A DNA stretch of 64,000 nt from the NCBI RefSeq assembly GCF_004010195.1, contig NC_057759.1:8013929-8077928 (forward strand). The letters run 5' to 3'. Below are positions 62,517 to 64,000 of the stretch, in pieces. A program made the position numbers and the translations under genes. Each line of letters starts with the position of its first letter. Positions within the stretch are counted from its first letter, which is position 1. The notes beneath the pieces were generated by a model. The model was not told the origin of the DNA. It saw only the letters and a list, made by a program, of their open reading frames with translations, and did not search any database. The stretch comes from Chiloscyllium plagiosum. Its lineage: Eukaryota.

Positions 62517-64000
62517 GTACTGAAATGACTTGAGCTTAGTTTTGGTTTTGTTTCTTTACATCAGCTGCCGGTTTATAAACTTCTCGAAGGGTCACAGGAC
62601 CTGAAACGTTAACTTTGATTTCTCTTCACAGATGCTGCTAGACCTGCTGAGCTTTTCCAAGAACTTCTGTTTTTGTTTACAGAATCCGCAGTTCTTTAGG
62701 TTTTCACAAACTTCTGTGGTTTGCGTCTACCTTACTTCATGACAAGACATGGAAAACTTTCTTTCCTTTAAAGTTTTGAAAACAGTACAAACTTCCTGTT
62801 TTACACAGACTCCAGCAAATGCTAGACCCTAGTTTTTAGAAAGAATTAGTTGCTTTGTGTTTGTTCAAGGCCCATGCATGAGGAATTAGACTGTAGGTGG
62901 GAGGGGAGAAGGAAGCTTTAAAGCTTTTCAAAATTTGGGAAACATTGTTTGGTATTCATGTCCAGGAGGTCAATGTCTCAACTGTGTTGAGATAACCAAA
63001 AATAGTTCATGTAAGACGTTACCAGTCAGTAAATAATGCGTGGGGCTAAAAGAAGGAATGCTCTTCACCAATGGATAGTTTGTATCTTGTAGCTCAAAGG
63101 TATTTAAGAGGTGTTCAGGTTGATCTTCATGCTACCACACTGCCCAAACCTCAATTACTTTCTTTTCTAGAGGCTTATTTTTCAGATATTCCTCCTGGAA
63201 AGGAGATGGTGGCCATACCATCTCCTTTCCAAATGCCCTAACCAAATCTCTTCTCTGCCTTCTTTCCTGAAAGGAAACAGAGTCACAATTCTATTTTCAC
63301 AATCATCATTCCTGAGACAAGGGACTTTTCTCATGAATATTTTCTGTGCTCTCAGTGCTTTCACATACATCCTAAAGTATGATGCCCAGACCTGTATACA
63401 GTACTCTAGCTAAGACCTCTCAAGTGCAACATATTGTTCTAGCACTCCTTGTTCTAGCACTCTAGCAACATATCCTTGTTCTAGCACTCTATTAATAGTA
63501 CTGTTAACCTATCATTCCATCTTCAATGACTTCTGTGCATGTGCACTGGTCCCTCTACTGCTGCAATCCCTTTAGAATTATTGCTTGTATTTGACATTAC
63601 CTCTACATGTCCTTCCTACTGAGATAAGTCATTTCACACTTCTCCATGTTCAACTTCATCTGCCATTTGAATACCCATAAGTATTATGTCATGTGCACCA
63701 AATAATATATTAATATACATCATTAATTTATATCAAAAAAAGCACGAGTTCCAACACTGGCCCTTCAGGATTTCCACTTCCCTTCAAGCATTCCCTTGGC
63801 TCGAAAACCTCCCATCAACTATTACTTTCTGCTTTGATGAATGGTGAAAGAAATCTTGTTCGTGGGCACATGAGTAGACCGTTTAGAGTGTTGAGCAGTT
63901 TCCTCATTGCTGAGCATTTTCCTCAATTCCACTTTCCTGCACTGTCTCCGTCTGCCTTAATGTCATTTATGTTTAAAGTATATCATCTCTATCTTGAACT

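Overview
This is vertebrate genomic DNA, almost certainly from a shark (inferred from HE1-type tRNA-derived SINEs, CR1/HER1-type LINEs and Penelope-derived hairpin repeats). The whole window lies inside the giant HECT E3 ligase gene HERC1 on the + strand. Fourteen internal exons (3,289 nt, about 1,096 codons) splice GT-AG in one continuous frame and include the SPRY domain; neither end of the gene is in the window. The introns are dominated by decayed and nested retroelements: CR1 LINEs, a Rex1/Babar LINE, SINEs, a SCAN-bearing Gmr1-like Gypsy LTR relic with related solo LTRs, and a young CpG-rich 34-bp minisatellite. The most interesting signal is a set of about four distinct Penelope-like element (PLE) families. 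They occur as fold-back insertions with 10-14 bp target-site duplications (TSDs) and carry minimal hammerhead-ribozyme motifs (CTGANGA...GAAA plus a palindromic helix III). PLE hammerheads are a known class, so this is not a new system; their density and fold-back pattern here merit checking. Other points are a 24-nt in-frame alternative acceptor, an atypical weak acceptor, locally templated insertions, and an inverted LINE pair bracketing two exons. All calls were made by eye without database searches, and repeat boundaries are approximate.
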